From positions 7,786-71,785 of the forward strand of contig DASVVE010000023.1 of the NCBI GenBank assembly GCA_036386675.1: DNA of 64,000 nt. Direction: 5' to 3'. The stretch's first letter is position 1, and every line of letters starts with the position of its first letter. The translations under genes and the position numbers were made by a program. This DNA comes from Chloroflexia bacterium (lineage in GTDB: Bacteria > Chloroflexota > Chloroflexia > QHBQ01 > JADMIH01). This document shows positions 10,282 to 19,173 of this stretch, in pieces. The notes under the pieces are model-generated. The model had not been told where the DNA came from, made no database searches, and saw only the letters and a list, made by a program, of their open reading frames with translations.

Positions 10282-11445
10282 CTAGGCTCGATGCCTGCCT
10301 AACTCCCTCATGTAAAGCTGCTCCAACTTGCGCACCCAGGTCTCCATGCTGTAATGTGCGTGCGCCCACTCGCGTGCGGCTGTAGCCCTCTGCCGGGCTT
10401 TCTGTGGATTGTCAAGGCAGCTTAGTATTGCCTGCGCCAGGGCCTGTGGGTCTTCGGGAGGCACCAGCAGACCCGTGCGGCCGTCCTGCACCACCCCACC
10501 TACCCCTCCAACCTCTGTTGACACGACCGGGCAGCCGGAGGACATAGCTTCCAGCAGCGAGATGGGCAGACCCTCCCACAGGGAAGAAAGCACAAACACG
10601 TCGCTTGCCGCCATCAGCTCAGGCACGTCGCTCCTGACCCCGGCCAGCACGAATTTGCCGGTTAGTCCCAGGTCCGCGACCTGTGCGTCTAACTCGTCCT
10701 TGAGATCACCCTGGCCCACTACGGCAAAGCGCACCTCCGGCCGTTTGTCGAGGACGAGTCTCGCCGCCTCCACGAGGTAGCTAAGGCCCTTCTGTGGCAT
10801 TAAGCGCGCCACGTTCAGGACCAGTGGGGCCTCGCCGGTCACTGCGGGATCGCCAAGCAGGTCGCGCTTGAGAGCAGTGGTGTCGAGTTCGGGCATGGGG
10901 CGAAAGCGGGTGGTGTCTACCCCGTTGGGTATGGCGACAAAGCGGCCGGCGGGCAGGCCGTACCACCCGGCAATCTCCTCTCGTAAAGCGGGCGACACGA
11001 CAATCAGCCTGCGGCACCACAGCCGCGCTGACCACCTCTCCATCCAGCGCCTCCGAGCAGGCTCGTGGTCGAAGTCCTGGCGCGAATTGTGGACGGTGGA
11101 GACCACCGGAGTGCGGGTGATGAAGCCAGCGGCCCGCCCCATGATGTCCGAGGCGAGCAGGTGCGTGTGTATTATGTCAATGTTATGCTTGCGTATGTAG
11201 CGGACGAGCGAGATGAGAGTTGGCACATCGTAAGCGTTGCGTTGGTTCATGGCGATAACTGGCACGCCGAGAGCACGGATTTGATCGCCGAGGTCGGACG
11301 GATGATCGGGACGGAGGCCGCAGACATGTAGATCGAACCGGCTGGTGTCTATCGAGGAGGCAAGGGTGCGCAGCAGCATTTCGGCCCCGCCCGGCCCAAG
11401 CACGTCGATAATTTGGAGCACTCGCACCCGTCGCTGTCGAGGCAT
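10282..11445 (-). CDS. Glycosyltransferase family 4
   Basis: N-terminal VRVLQIIDVLGPGGAEMLL and C-terminal SLWEGLPISLLEAMSSGCPVVSTEVGGV are GT4 (GT-B) signatures. Confidence 0.85.
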   Translation of the reverse strand: MPRQRRVRVLQIIDVLGPGGAEMLLRTLASSIDTSRFDLHVCGLRPDHPSDLGDQIRALGVPVIAMNQRNAYDVPTLISLVRYIRKHNIDIIHTHLLASDIMGRAAGFITRTPVVSTVHNSRQDFDHEPARRRWMERWSARLWCRRLIVVSPALREEIAGWYGLPAGRFVAIPNGVDTTRFRPMPELDTTALKRDLLGDPAVTGEAPLVLNVARLMPQKGLSYLVEAARLVLDKRPEVRFAVVGQGDLKDELDAQVADLGLTGKFVLAGVRSDVPELMAASDVFVLSSLWEGLPISLLEAMSSGCPVVSTEVGGVGGVVQDGRTGLLVPPEDPQALAQAILSCLDNPQKARQRATAAREWAHAHYSMETWVRKLEQLYMRELGRHRA

Positions 11446-11572
11446 ACTCAGCTTGTCCCTTCGCTATGTTGGCTTGCCTTTGGCGTGGGGCCAAGCAGCA
11501 ACAATTCTTCGACGTCGCATGCTTGCCTGACATTCAATGGAGGTCTGGCGTGGAGCAATCGCGGCTTCATGG

Positions 11573-12454
11573 CTAGCAAGGCACCGGCAGCGTATCTGTG
11601 CTCTGCACTTCCCCCGGTTTGCGGCGCGGCCAACGCTTTCGCCCCAGCAGGCCCTTGACGACGAGGTTGATACCCACGTAGGCCGGGCCGATTGTGGGCA
11701 CCACGAACGCTTTCATAATCTCCGGCGTGGTATTGTTACTCACCAACAGGCGTGGCAGCCTGAGCGGGTCGCTGCCCGCCGCCGCCCTGCCCTGGTCAAC
11801 CGTGGTCGCCGTTGCATAGCCCGCCGCGCGCACGGCCCGCACTACACGACCATCGTAGTCGCCCTGCGGGTAGGCGAAGGAGCGCACGGGGGTGCCCAAC
11901 CGCTCCTCCAGCAGCTTGCGGGGCGCGGTAAGCTCGTGCTCCAGGGAGGAGGGGCTGTACTGCGTCAGGAAGCCGTGTGTGGCGGTATGCGCCCCTATCT
12001 CCACCCCCTGCGCGTGCAGGTGCTCTATCTGCTGCCAGGTGAGGATTGGCAGCGAAGGCAAGGCGCGAGGCCCGTCTGTCCACCGGGTCATACGTCCTAC
12101 CATGCCGGTAATTACGTACACTGTGGACGAGAAGCCGTACCGCTGTAACGCGGGCATACCCGCATCCGCGAGGTTGGCGAACCCATCATCGAAGGTGATA
12201 GCCACGGCACGCGGAGGGAAGGGGCGGCGGGAGGATAGGTGCTCGGCCACCTGCGACAGGGTGAGGGTGCGGCAACCCAACTCCGCGAGGGCCGACATTT
12301 GCGCCTGGAACAGCCTCGGAGCCACGGAGAGCGGAGTGCCCAAATCGTCGAGCGAATGGTAGCTCAGTATGGTAATGCCCCCACCGGGAAGTGGCTTGCC
12401 CGCGAAGTAGATGCCCGCGTACAGGGCCTGCATTATCGACCGTCTGAGAGACAT
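11573..12454 (-). CDS. Polysaccharide deacetylase (CE4 / NodB family)
   Basis: NodB motifs ITFDDGFANL and HTATH are present. Confidence 0.85.
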   Translation of the reverse strand: MSLRRSIMQALYAGIYFAGKPLPGGGITILSYHSLDDLGTPLSVAPRLFQAQMSALAELGCRTLTLSQVAEHLSSRRPFPPRAVAITFDDGFANLADAGMPALQRYGFSSTVYVITGMVGRMTRWTDGPRALPSLPILTWQQIEHLHAQGVEIGAHTATHGFLTQYSPSSLEHELTAPRKLLEERLGTPVRSFAYPQGDYDGRVVRAVRAAGYATATTVDQGRAAAGSDPLRLPRLLVSNNTTPEIMKAFVVPTIGPAYVGINLVVKGLLGRKRWPRRKPGEVQSTDTLPVPC

Positions 12455-12466
12455 GTAGGGTAGAAG

Positions 12467-12667
12467 CTATCCGCCTTCAAAATAGATGGGGGGCACACAG
12501 AGTATGCCGTGCTGCAACAGCCACTCGCCAGTACCCGCACGCGGCTGTGTTCCCAGCGATTGTATCACACGCCAGTCATAGCGGCAATTACCCGTGTGTG
12601 GCACCTGCGGTAGCCCGATAGGGTGATATGCGTGCGCGGTGCATGGGGTACAATGGTGGGGCACCAC
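12467..12667 (-). CDS. Small Cys/His-rich hypothetical protein (66 aa)
   Basis: The ORF ends 12 nt upstream of the CE4 start and its codon usage looks coding-like. No recognisable family; HHCTPCTAHAYH...HTGNC could bind metal. Weak support. Confidence 0.25.
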   Translation of the reverse strand: MVPHHCTPCTAHAYHPIGLPQVPHTGNCRYDWRVIQSLGTQPRAGTGEWLLQHGILCVPPIYFEGG

Positions 12668-12726
12668 TTCGTAGCGGCAAAGCTATCCTGGTGACGTTGA
12701 TCTGGGAGAGCAGCACCCAAGTTCCT

Positions 12727-12890
12727 TTTTGTCATTCTGAACGCAGTGAAGAATCTCGTCCTCTACCGGGGTGTTTCTTCTTTCTTATGGTACCTTGTGG
12801 CTGAAGGAAAGGTGGTATTTGGGTGGTGGAGGACGAGATTCTTCACGGAGTTTACCCTGAGCTTAGCCGAAGAGTTCAGAATGACAAGAA
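12727..12890. repeat. Stand-alone copy of the TGTCATTCTGAACGCAGTGAAGAATCTCGTCC inverted-repeat module ('inner module')
   Basis: Left arm 12730-12761. The right arm ends at 12886 and carries a ~27-nt insertion (GGAGTTTACCCTGAGCTTAGCCGAAGAG). Its loop resembles the loops of the copies at 19284, 47398 and 59687. Confidence 0.85.
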
Positions 12891-12966
12891 GGAGCCATGT
12901 GCTATTATTCGATTTCCTTATCTTGAAGATAGTTTCTAAGCAATTGCCATACAATCACTTTACCTA

Positions 12967-14520
12967 ATGATGAAGGACACCTCCCTGGATACGGACACCC
13001 CAATAGAAGCAGCAGATAAACCTACTGGCGGGCTTGGTAAGCAGGCGGCGCAGGGGGCAGCCTGGAACTACATGGCTTTTGTCGTCAGCAAGGGGCTGGT
13101 GTTCGTATCGACCCTTATCCTGGCGCAGATACTCTCGCCCGCCGAGTTCGGCTTGGTTGGCATGGCGCTGCTCGTTATCACCGTGCTCGACATCCTGCGC
13201 GACTTCGGGATAGGCTCGGCGGTCATCTACTACGGGCGCGAGGGTCCGGCAGCCGCTAACATGGCTTTCGCGCTCAGCAGCGGCATCGGCATCGTTCTAT
13301 TCGCCGCCAACTGGCTGCTGGCACCCTACACGGCCCAGTTCTTCTACAGCGAGAACCCGCAGGACATCCCGACCGTCACCTCCCTGGTGCAGGTGTTGGG
13401 CCTCAGCCTGCTGTTTGCATCGTTGGGCAGCACCCACGACGCCCTGTTGCAGAAAGAGATCAACTACCGGCGGCGCATGGTGCCCGAGGTGGGACGGACG
13501 CTACTCAAGGGCGTGCTGTCGGTGGCGCTGGCGTTCGCGGGGCTGGGGGTGTGGAGCCTGGTTTGGGGGCAGGTGCTGGGGGAGGCGTGCGCCACGGTGC
13601 TGCTGTGGGTGGTGACAAAGTGGCGGCCCGCCCGCTTCTTCCGCCGCGACCTGCTCCGCTCGATGCTCGGCTACAGCTTCCAGACGATGCTGGCGGGCGG
13701 GCTGGGCACGATGCTGGCCGACGTGGACTACTTCATCATAGGCGCGCTGCTCGGCCCCACCGCGCTCGGTATTTACACGCTGGCCTTCCGCATACCCGAC
13801 CTGCTGATAAGGAACATGGCCCAGGCGGTGGCGACGGTGGCCTTCGCGGTGGCGGCCAAGCTGCAATCGGACCTCGCGGCACTGAGAGAAGCCTACCTGA
13901 AAATGCAGCGTTACATGCTGATAATACTGGCACCGCTCGGATTCGGCTTGTTCGCGGTCACCCCAACGCTCATCCATACGCTGTTCAAGCCCGACTGGGC
14001 ACCCGTTATCCCGGTCATGCAGATACTTTCGGTCTACATGGTGCTGGGCGGCATCAACTACTGGCCGGGGGTTATCTACAAGGCGGTGGGGCGGCCGGAC
14101 GTGCTGAACTACATCAGCCTGGTGAAGCTGGCGATGCTGGTGCCCGCGCTCTGGTGGGGTGCGGCTAATTACGGCATCGAGGGCGTCGCCTGGGGGCAGT
14201 TGGGGGTGCGTGTCGTGGGTATCGTGATCGACATGGTGATAGTCGCCCGCTTCGTCAAGATCAGCGTGTTAGACCAGTTGCGCGTGATCTGGCCGCCCCT
14301 GGTTGCCGCTTGCCTCATGTCCGCCGCCGTGCGCCTGCTCTCCTTCGCGGTGGACCCGGCGGAACGAGGAGGGATTCCGGTGCTCATCCTGTCGGTAATC
14401 GTAGGTGGGGCGGTCTACGCGGCGGCCATCTGGCTGCTGGACCGTACGGCGGTGGGCGGCATGTTGGAGTTGGCGCGCTCTATGCTCAAGCGTAACCGGC
14501 TGGCGCCGAAAGAAGCCTAA
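12967..14520 (+). CDS. Wzx-type oligosaccharide flippase (MOP/Polysacc_synt family)
   Basis: 517 aa and highly hydrophobic throughout (about 12-14 helices). The N terminus is of Polysacc_synt type, and the gene sits in a glycan cluster. Confidence 0.8.
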   Translation: MMKDTSLDTDTPIEAADKPTGGLGKQAAQGAAWNYMAFVVSKGLVFVSTLILAQILSPAEFGLVGMALLVITVLDILRDFGIGSAVIYYGREGPAAANMAFALSSGIGIVLFAANWLLAPYTAQFFYSENPQDIPTVTSLVQVLGLSLLFASLGSTHDALLQKEINYRRRMVPEVGRTLLKGVLSVALAFAGLGVWSLVWGQVLGEACATVLLWVVTKWRPARFFRRDLLRSMLGYSFQTMLAGGLGTMLADVDYFIIGALLGPTALGIYTLAFRIPDLLIRNMAQAVATVAFAVAAKLQSDLAALREAYLKMQRYMLIILAPLGFGLFAVTPTLIHTLFKPDWAPVIPVMQILSVYMVLGGINYWPGVIYKAVGRPDVLNYISLVKLAMLVPALWWGAANYGIEGVAWGQLGVRVVGIVIDMVIVARFVKISVLDQLRVIWPPLVAACLMSAAVRLLSFAVDPAERGGIPVLILSVIVGGAVYAAAIWLLDRTAVGGMLELARSMLKRNRLAPKEA

Positions 14521-14544
14521 CCTCGACTTGAAAGGGTGATATCC

Positions 14545-14633
14545 TGTAGGGGCAGGCACGGGGGCCTGCCCTGGGTAGTAGGCGTACCATGTGCTAATCT
14601 CATGAAGGGCAGGCACGGGGGCCTGCCCCTACA
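14545..14633. terminator. Twin GGGCAGGCACGGGGGCCTGCCC hairpins between convergent genes (probable bidirectional terminator / REP-like pair)
   Basis: Two direct copies of an 8-bp-stem hairpin (14550-14571 and 14607-14628), closed by an outer TGTAG/CTACA pairing. They lie between the flippase stop (14520) and the DUF218 stop (14674). Confidence 0.5.
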
Positions 14634-14673
14634 ACCATTAACGTCATTGTCTGATTTTGCGTAGTTTTATGCG

Positions 14674-15306
14674 TTATTCATGCGTGCCCGTAGCCACCTT
14701 AAGCTGGTAGAGTACCAGCGACAGCGTGTCCCTCAGTACCCGGAAGTTGCGCTGGTCGGGGTTACGCCAGAAGGGACTTTCAACGGCAGGCGAGGGGTAG
14801 ACATGCAGCCCGGCGTCCCTGGCTACCAGGCTGGCCCGCTTGATGTGGTACGGCTCGGTGACGAGGATGGCGGTGTCCCAGCCGTTTTGCTGCATTATCA
14901 CTTTGCTGTACCCTACGTTTTGTATCGTGTTGTGGGCCTGCTCCTCCAGGACCACGGCCGATTCCGGCACTCCGGCGGCAGTGAGCACCCGCAGCATCAC
15001 GGAGGCCTCGCTGGGGCCGTTCTCTATATGGCCGCCCGTGGCGATTATGCGAGGGGCGAGACCTTTGTGGTAGAGGCCTGCGGCGTGTTGGCCCCGCGAG
15101 CTAAGACAGACACTCGGCCCGCCTCTTGGCGCGTACGGATTACAACCCAGCACGATTATCACGTCAGCCGGGGCAGCGTAGTCGGTCTCGGCTCCTATTA
15201 TGACGTAGGCAAGGTCGCCCAGAAGCCACACCGCGAGTATGGCGAACAAAAGAAGCGCTACCCGCAATGGCTTGAGCAGCCTGCGGGAGACTTTTCTATC
15301 CTTCAT
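14674..15306 (-). CDS. DUF218 / YdcF (SanA/ElyC-like) family protein
   Basis: N-terminal TM helix, then DVIIVLGCNPY...RIIATGG...SEASVM...GVPESAVVLEEQAHNTIQN...LVTEPYHIKRA, a typical DUF218 pattern. Confidence 0.75.
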   Translation of the reverse strand: MKDRKVSRRLLKPLRVALLLFAILAVWLLGDLAYVIIGAETDYAAPADVIIVLGCNPYAPRGGPSVCLSSRGQHAAGLYHKGLAPRIIATGGHIENGPSEASVMLRVLTAAGVPESAVVLEEQAHNTIQNVGYSKVIMQQNGWDTAILVTEPYHIKRASLVARDAGLHVYPSPAVESPFWRNPDQRNFRVLRDTLSLVLYQLKVATGTHE

Positions 15307-16273
15307 TGTTGCGCGACCGTGTGCCTCGGAGTATGCCCTTTAACCTTCGGTAGACCAGACCCGCCGGGCTGAGCTTGATGGCGAAGTGGCGCAAGGACTC
15401 GCCGCCCTCGGCACCAATGCGAAAGAGGCGATAGGGGTCGGTCTTGCCCACTACGTTGAGGCCGGGCACCGTAGTGAAGGCCGCAATGAGACCTACCTCC
15501 TTGACCGCGTCCATAGCGGTGCGGTTGACTGCATGCTCGCGCCCGTTGGGGTAGCAGAAGATGGGTAGCGGACGCTGTAGACGCGCCGTAAGGTCGCGCC
15601 AGGAGCCACGCGTCTCTGAGATGACACGGCCAGGTGCGGCACGAGCGAGGATGGGGTGGTGGCGAGTGTGTGGTCCGATGGCTACACCCTCGGCCTCAAG
15701 CGCCCGCAGTTCGTCCCAGTCCAGCAGGTATCGCTCGTGGTTTGGCTCGACGCCACAGCTTTCCACAATCGAGCGCAGGAGGGCGGTAGCTTCCTCCTCG
15801 GCCAGCCTCTCGAAATGAGGTACGATCCGGGAGAAAGCCTCGGAACGCTCCTGTTTGTCGCCCAGGGGCAGCGTTCCGAGGCCCGCCACCTCTAGCTGCT
15901 GCAACCCGGTGCCCCTGATTGAGCGGTACAGTTCGTCCCACCAGAAAAGACAGGCAGGCTCGCCCGCCATGTGCGTTGACACGAACAGCGTCACGGGCAG
16001 GCCGAGGCGCTTCAGCACCGGCATGGCCGTATCCATGAAGCAGCGATAGCCATCATCGAAGGTAATCACCAGGGCACGCCGTGGCAGCGTGTAGCCATCC
16101 CTGAAGGCACGCACTACGTCCCACGAAGACACGACGTTGTAATGGGAGGCCACGTGGCGCATCTGCTCCTCGAAAGCGGCGGGCGAGGCATCAATGAGCG
16201 AGTCGGCCAGGTCGGGGCAGCCGGGTTCGGCTATGCGGTGGTAGGAAAGGACTGTAAAGCTGGAAGTGGGCAT
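15296..16273 (-). CDS. Polysaccharide deacetylase (CE4 / NodB family)
   Basis: ITFDDGYRCF and GPHTRHH motifs. The start ATG overlaps the upstream stop (TAATG). Confidence 0.85.
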   Translation of the reverse strand: MPTSSFTVLSYHRIAEPGCPDLADSLIDASPAAFEEQMRHVASHYNVVSSWDVVRAFRDGYTLPRRALVITFDDGYRCFMDTAMPVLKRLGLPVTLFVSTHMAGEPACLFWWDELYRSIRGTGLQQLEVAGLGTLPLGDKQERSEAFSRIVPHFERLAEEEATALLRSIVESCGVEPNHERYLLDWDELRALEAEGVAIGPHTRHHPILARAAPGRVISETRGSWRDLTARLQRPLPIFCYPNGREHAVNRTAMDAVKEVGLIAAFTTVPGLNVVGKTDPYRLFRIGAEGGESLRHFAIKLSPAGLVYRRLKGILRGTRSRNNEG

Positions 16274-18411
16274 TAGCTTATCACTCCGTAGCGGTTGTTG
16301 TATAGCTGCAAGCCTATGGGTGTGAGTTGCACTTCGTAGCCGGTGCCGGCGCTGTGTGGGTGGTACTCAAGGCGCGCTCGCTCGAAGTACTGCACGTAGA
16401 CAGGCAGCCCGGCGGACGAGGTGTCCAGCAGCACGGGGCTTACCGGGTAGCCGAACAGGTCAGCGCCTCCCGTCTGCCAGGCTTCGTAGAAGGCGCTCGG
16501 CACGGTGATCGCACTGCTCTCGATATGCACCTGCTCCCCCTGTAGCGCGGGCGGCAGAAGGTCTGCGGGCTTGCCTGCCACCTCTACCTCAAGTCCCACC
16601 TTGCCAATAACAACCTCATACGGACCACCATCCACTGGATGGCATTCCAGGCGGGCAAACTCGTAATACTGGACTGGCACGGTACGGCCTCCGGTGCCTT
16701 GCTCCTCGAAGACGGTGCTGACCGCCTTGCCGAATACATCCTCTCCACCCTGGGCTTCGTAGAACCTGCGGATCAACTCACCCGGAGCTTCAGGGGAGAA
16801 CACGACCACTGGCAGTACCGGTTCCCCAGGCAGGGCGGCAGAAGAAGGGGGCGTCAGCCTATCGAGCGGAACGGGCAACAGGTAGGCCCTGGGTGCGGTG
16901 GGGTCGGCAAAAGGCAGCACCGGCTCTTGCTCGTCGGGGGGCACGCCAGCAGGGACACGCTCCACCTCGGTGTTGCGTGAGATCTGGCGCAACGCCACCA
17001 TGAGGGCTACTTGCAGCCACAGCATGTAGAGGAAAGCCCCGTGCAGGAAGACGCTGCTTACCAGGTAACCTAGCAGACCAATGCCGAGCCAGACGGCCAG
17101 TTCCCCCCCCTGCCTGTTCAGCACGTCCATGAAGCGCCGCCTGGCCTCGCGCAACGCCCTGACACAAGCCAGTATCAACCCGCCAAACACCAGCAGGCCC
17201 ACAATCCCGTGCTCCGTGGCAATCTCAAGGTAGAGGTCGTGCGGTGGAATCGCCTTGCGGTGCAGGGCGAGGCCGCTGCCTTCCAGGTATTCAAGCTGGT
17301 GCAGTGGGTAGTTCTCCCGGCCCACGCCGAGCACCATGTGGTCTGCGAACATGTCTACGGCTGCACTCACGGCACCCACGCGGCCTCGAATGGAGGCCTC
17401 GGTCAATATGGCGCGTTGGTCGCCCGTGATGGTGCCGACCAGAGTGCTCATACGCTCTACATAGTTGCTGGGTAATGCCAGCAATACCAGCATACCGCCC
17501 ACCAGGAGCGCGATGAGGGCGGGGAGCTTCGGGCGCTTGAAGAGCATGACCGCGAACAGGGTAACGCCCAGGGCCACGGCGTCACCACGAGAGTAGGTGA
17601 AGACAATAGCCCCGATGACGACCGTGGTGGCCCCGAGCGCGATTAGTTTCACCAGCAGAGCGCGCGACTCGAACACAAAGTAGAGGCCAACCGGCACCAC
17701 TATCAGTAGTAGCTGGCCGTAGTAGTTAGCGTCACCGATTGTGCCGCCCGGCCTGGGCGCATCCGAGCCGCCGAAGATCTCGCTCACGCGGAACTGGGCG
17801 AGGCCGCCGAAGTCGGTGCCGGTGCTCCCAGTGGCAGTCTGGTAGATGGTCAGCAGTGAGAGCAGGGTGGCAATACCGAGCAGGCCCCATAGGGTCGCCT
17901 TGAGCCGACCCAGGTTGGTCAGCGAGTTGATGATGATCAGGTAGGTGAGGAAGTTGCGGATGAATTCGACCAGGTTGGGCATGACGAGGTCGGGGTTTCT
18001 AGCGTACAGCAACCCCAGCGCTATCACCGCGCCGTAAGCCACCAGCCAGGCGGTGACCTCGTCCTTCTTCAGCCCCTCGCGCCGGTAAATCACCCGGTAG
18101 CCGAGCACCGCGCTGAGCATGATGGCGCCAGCAAAGCGGGCCAGCGGCGGGAAGTCGTGGTACTTGACCATGATGCTGAGCAAATCGGCGTAGACCAGCA
18201 CTACATACAGGGTCACGGCCCAATGAGGGCGCGCGTAGATGAAGATAAGCAAAAACGGGCTGAGCGACAGGGCAATCAGGAGGTTCTGCGGCATGCCCAA
18301 TCCCGCCGCGAAACCCACCAGCAGCCCAGCCAGCACCGTCACCAATGCAAAGACCCTGGTGACCCCTGGGTCAAGTATGGCTGGTGGTGGCCGGAGAGTA
18401 CGGACTTGCAT
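16273..18411 (-). CDS. O-antigen ligase / Wzy_C family membrane protein with a C-terminal soluble repeat domain
   Basis: About 12 TM helices with a Wzy_C-like loop (FTYSRGDAVALG). The last ~230 aa are hydrophilic with two repeats (FGKAVSTVFEE...VQYYEFARLECHP and FGYPVSPVLLD...VQYFERARLEYHP). Confidence 0.8.
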   Translation of the reverse strand: MQVRTLRPPPAILDPGVTRVFALVTVLAGLLVGFAAGLGMPQNLLIALSLSPFLLIFIYARPHWAVTLYVVLVYADLLSIMVKYHDFPPLARFAGAIMLSAVLGYRVIYRREGLKKDEVTAWLVAYGAVIALGLLYARNPDLVMPNLVEFIRNFLTYLIIINSLTNLGRLKATLWGLLGIATLLSLLTIYQTATGSTGTDFGGLAQFRVSEIFGGSDAPRPGGTIGDANYYGQLLLIVVPVGLYFVFESRALLVKLIALGATTVVIGAIVFTYSRGDAVALGVTLFAVMLFKRPKLPALIALLVGGMLVLLALPSNYVERMSTLVGTITGDQRAILTEASIRGRVGAVSAAVDMFADHMVLGVGRENYPLHQLEYLEGSGLALHRKAIPPHDLYLEIATEHGIVGLLVFGGLILACVRALREARRRFMDVLNRQGGELAVWLGIGLLGYLVSSVFLHGAFLYMLWLQVALMVALRQISRNTEVERVPAGVPPDEQEPVLPFADPTAPRAYLLPVPLDRLTPPSSAALPGEPVLPVVVFSPEAPGELIRRFYEAQGGEDVFGKAVSTVFEEQGTGGRTVPVQYYEFARLECHPVDGGPYEVVIGKVGLEVEVAGKPADLLPPALQGEQVHIESSAITVPSAFYEAWQTGGADLFGYPVSPVLLDTSSAGLPVYVQYFERARLEYHPHSAGTGYEVQLTPIGLQLYNNRYGVIS

Positions 18412-18421
18412 CGAATTGCGG

Positions 18422-18499
18422 ATTTGGAAATTGGAATTTCGAATTGCGAATTTAGTAGGAGTTCAACAAATTCGCAATTCGAAATTCCAATTTCCAAAT
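18422..18499. repeat. Perfect 32-bp-stem palindrome ATTTGGAAATTGGAATTTCGAATTGCGAATTT (family 2)
   Basis: Arms 18422-18453 and 18468-18499 are exact reverse complements with a 14-nt loop. The element fills the gap between the wzz-like stop (18499-18501) and the Wzy_C start (18411). Confidence 0.95.
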
Positions 18500-19149
18500 C
18501 ACTTATTTACTTCCTGGTTGTAGTAAGGGTGGAGGGCGCGAAGCTCGCTTTGTACGCCCCTGGAGCCTACCAGGTAGTCGAGGGCGATCGCGAGGAGCAC
18601 GCCGAGGGCCAGGCCCAGGGCCACGCCCATAGGTATGTCGCGGGCGGGCACCGGGGATGTGGGTTCGATGGGCGGGCTTGCCATTTCGAGCGGCTCAAGG
18701 TCTATGACGCTGTAGTACTGATGGGCTTTGCTTACGGTGTTGCTTATCGTGGCGTTGAGGTAGAGGGCGAGGGCCTGGGGGTCGGGGCCACTGGCGCTTA
18801 CCGCGATCACCGAGGAGTCGGGCAGCACGTTGGCCTCCAGATCGTACAAGTGGGCCTCATCGGGATTTAGCCCGGCTGCCTCACGGGCGGCGGTCTTTAC
18901 GTCAGCGGAGGTGAACGTCTGCGCCAGGGTGCCGGTGACGTGGCGCGAGCCAAGCTGCCCCACCAGGTCCACAATCGTGACGGTGTTCGAGAGCACCGCC
19001 GCAGGTCGCGCGGCCACCCGGGCCTGGACGCTGTACCTGGGGGTGCGCACCGAATCGAGCAGGGCGGCCCCACCCCCGGCGGCCAGCATAGACAAAAGGA
19101 TCACCCACCAGTAGCGGGCGATTATACGCAGGTACGTACCGACTTCCAT
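18499..19149 (-). CDS. Wzz / polysaccharide chain-length determinant (PCP) family protein
   Basis: N-terminal YLRIIARYWWVILLSMLAAGG helix and C-terminal GVALGLALGVLLAIALDYL helix flank a soluble domain. No kinase domain or adjacent BY-kinase gene. Confidence 0.7.
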   Translation of the reverse strand: MEVGTYLRIIARYWWVILLSMLAAGGGAALLDSVRTPRYSVQARVAARPAAVLSNTVTIVDLVGQLGSRHVTGTLAQTFTSADVKTAAREAAGLNPDEAHLYDLEANVLPDSSVIAVSASGPDPQALALYLNATISNTVSKAHQYYSVIDLEPLEMASPPIEPTSPVPARDIPMGVALGLALGVLLAIALDYLVGSRGVQSELRALHPYYNQEVNK

Positions 19150-19173
19150 AGGTCTTTACCTCATGTGGGGATT

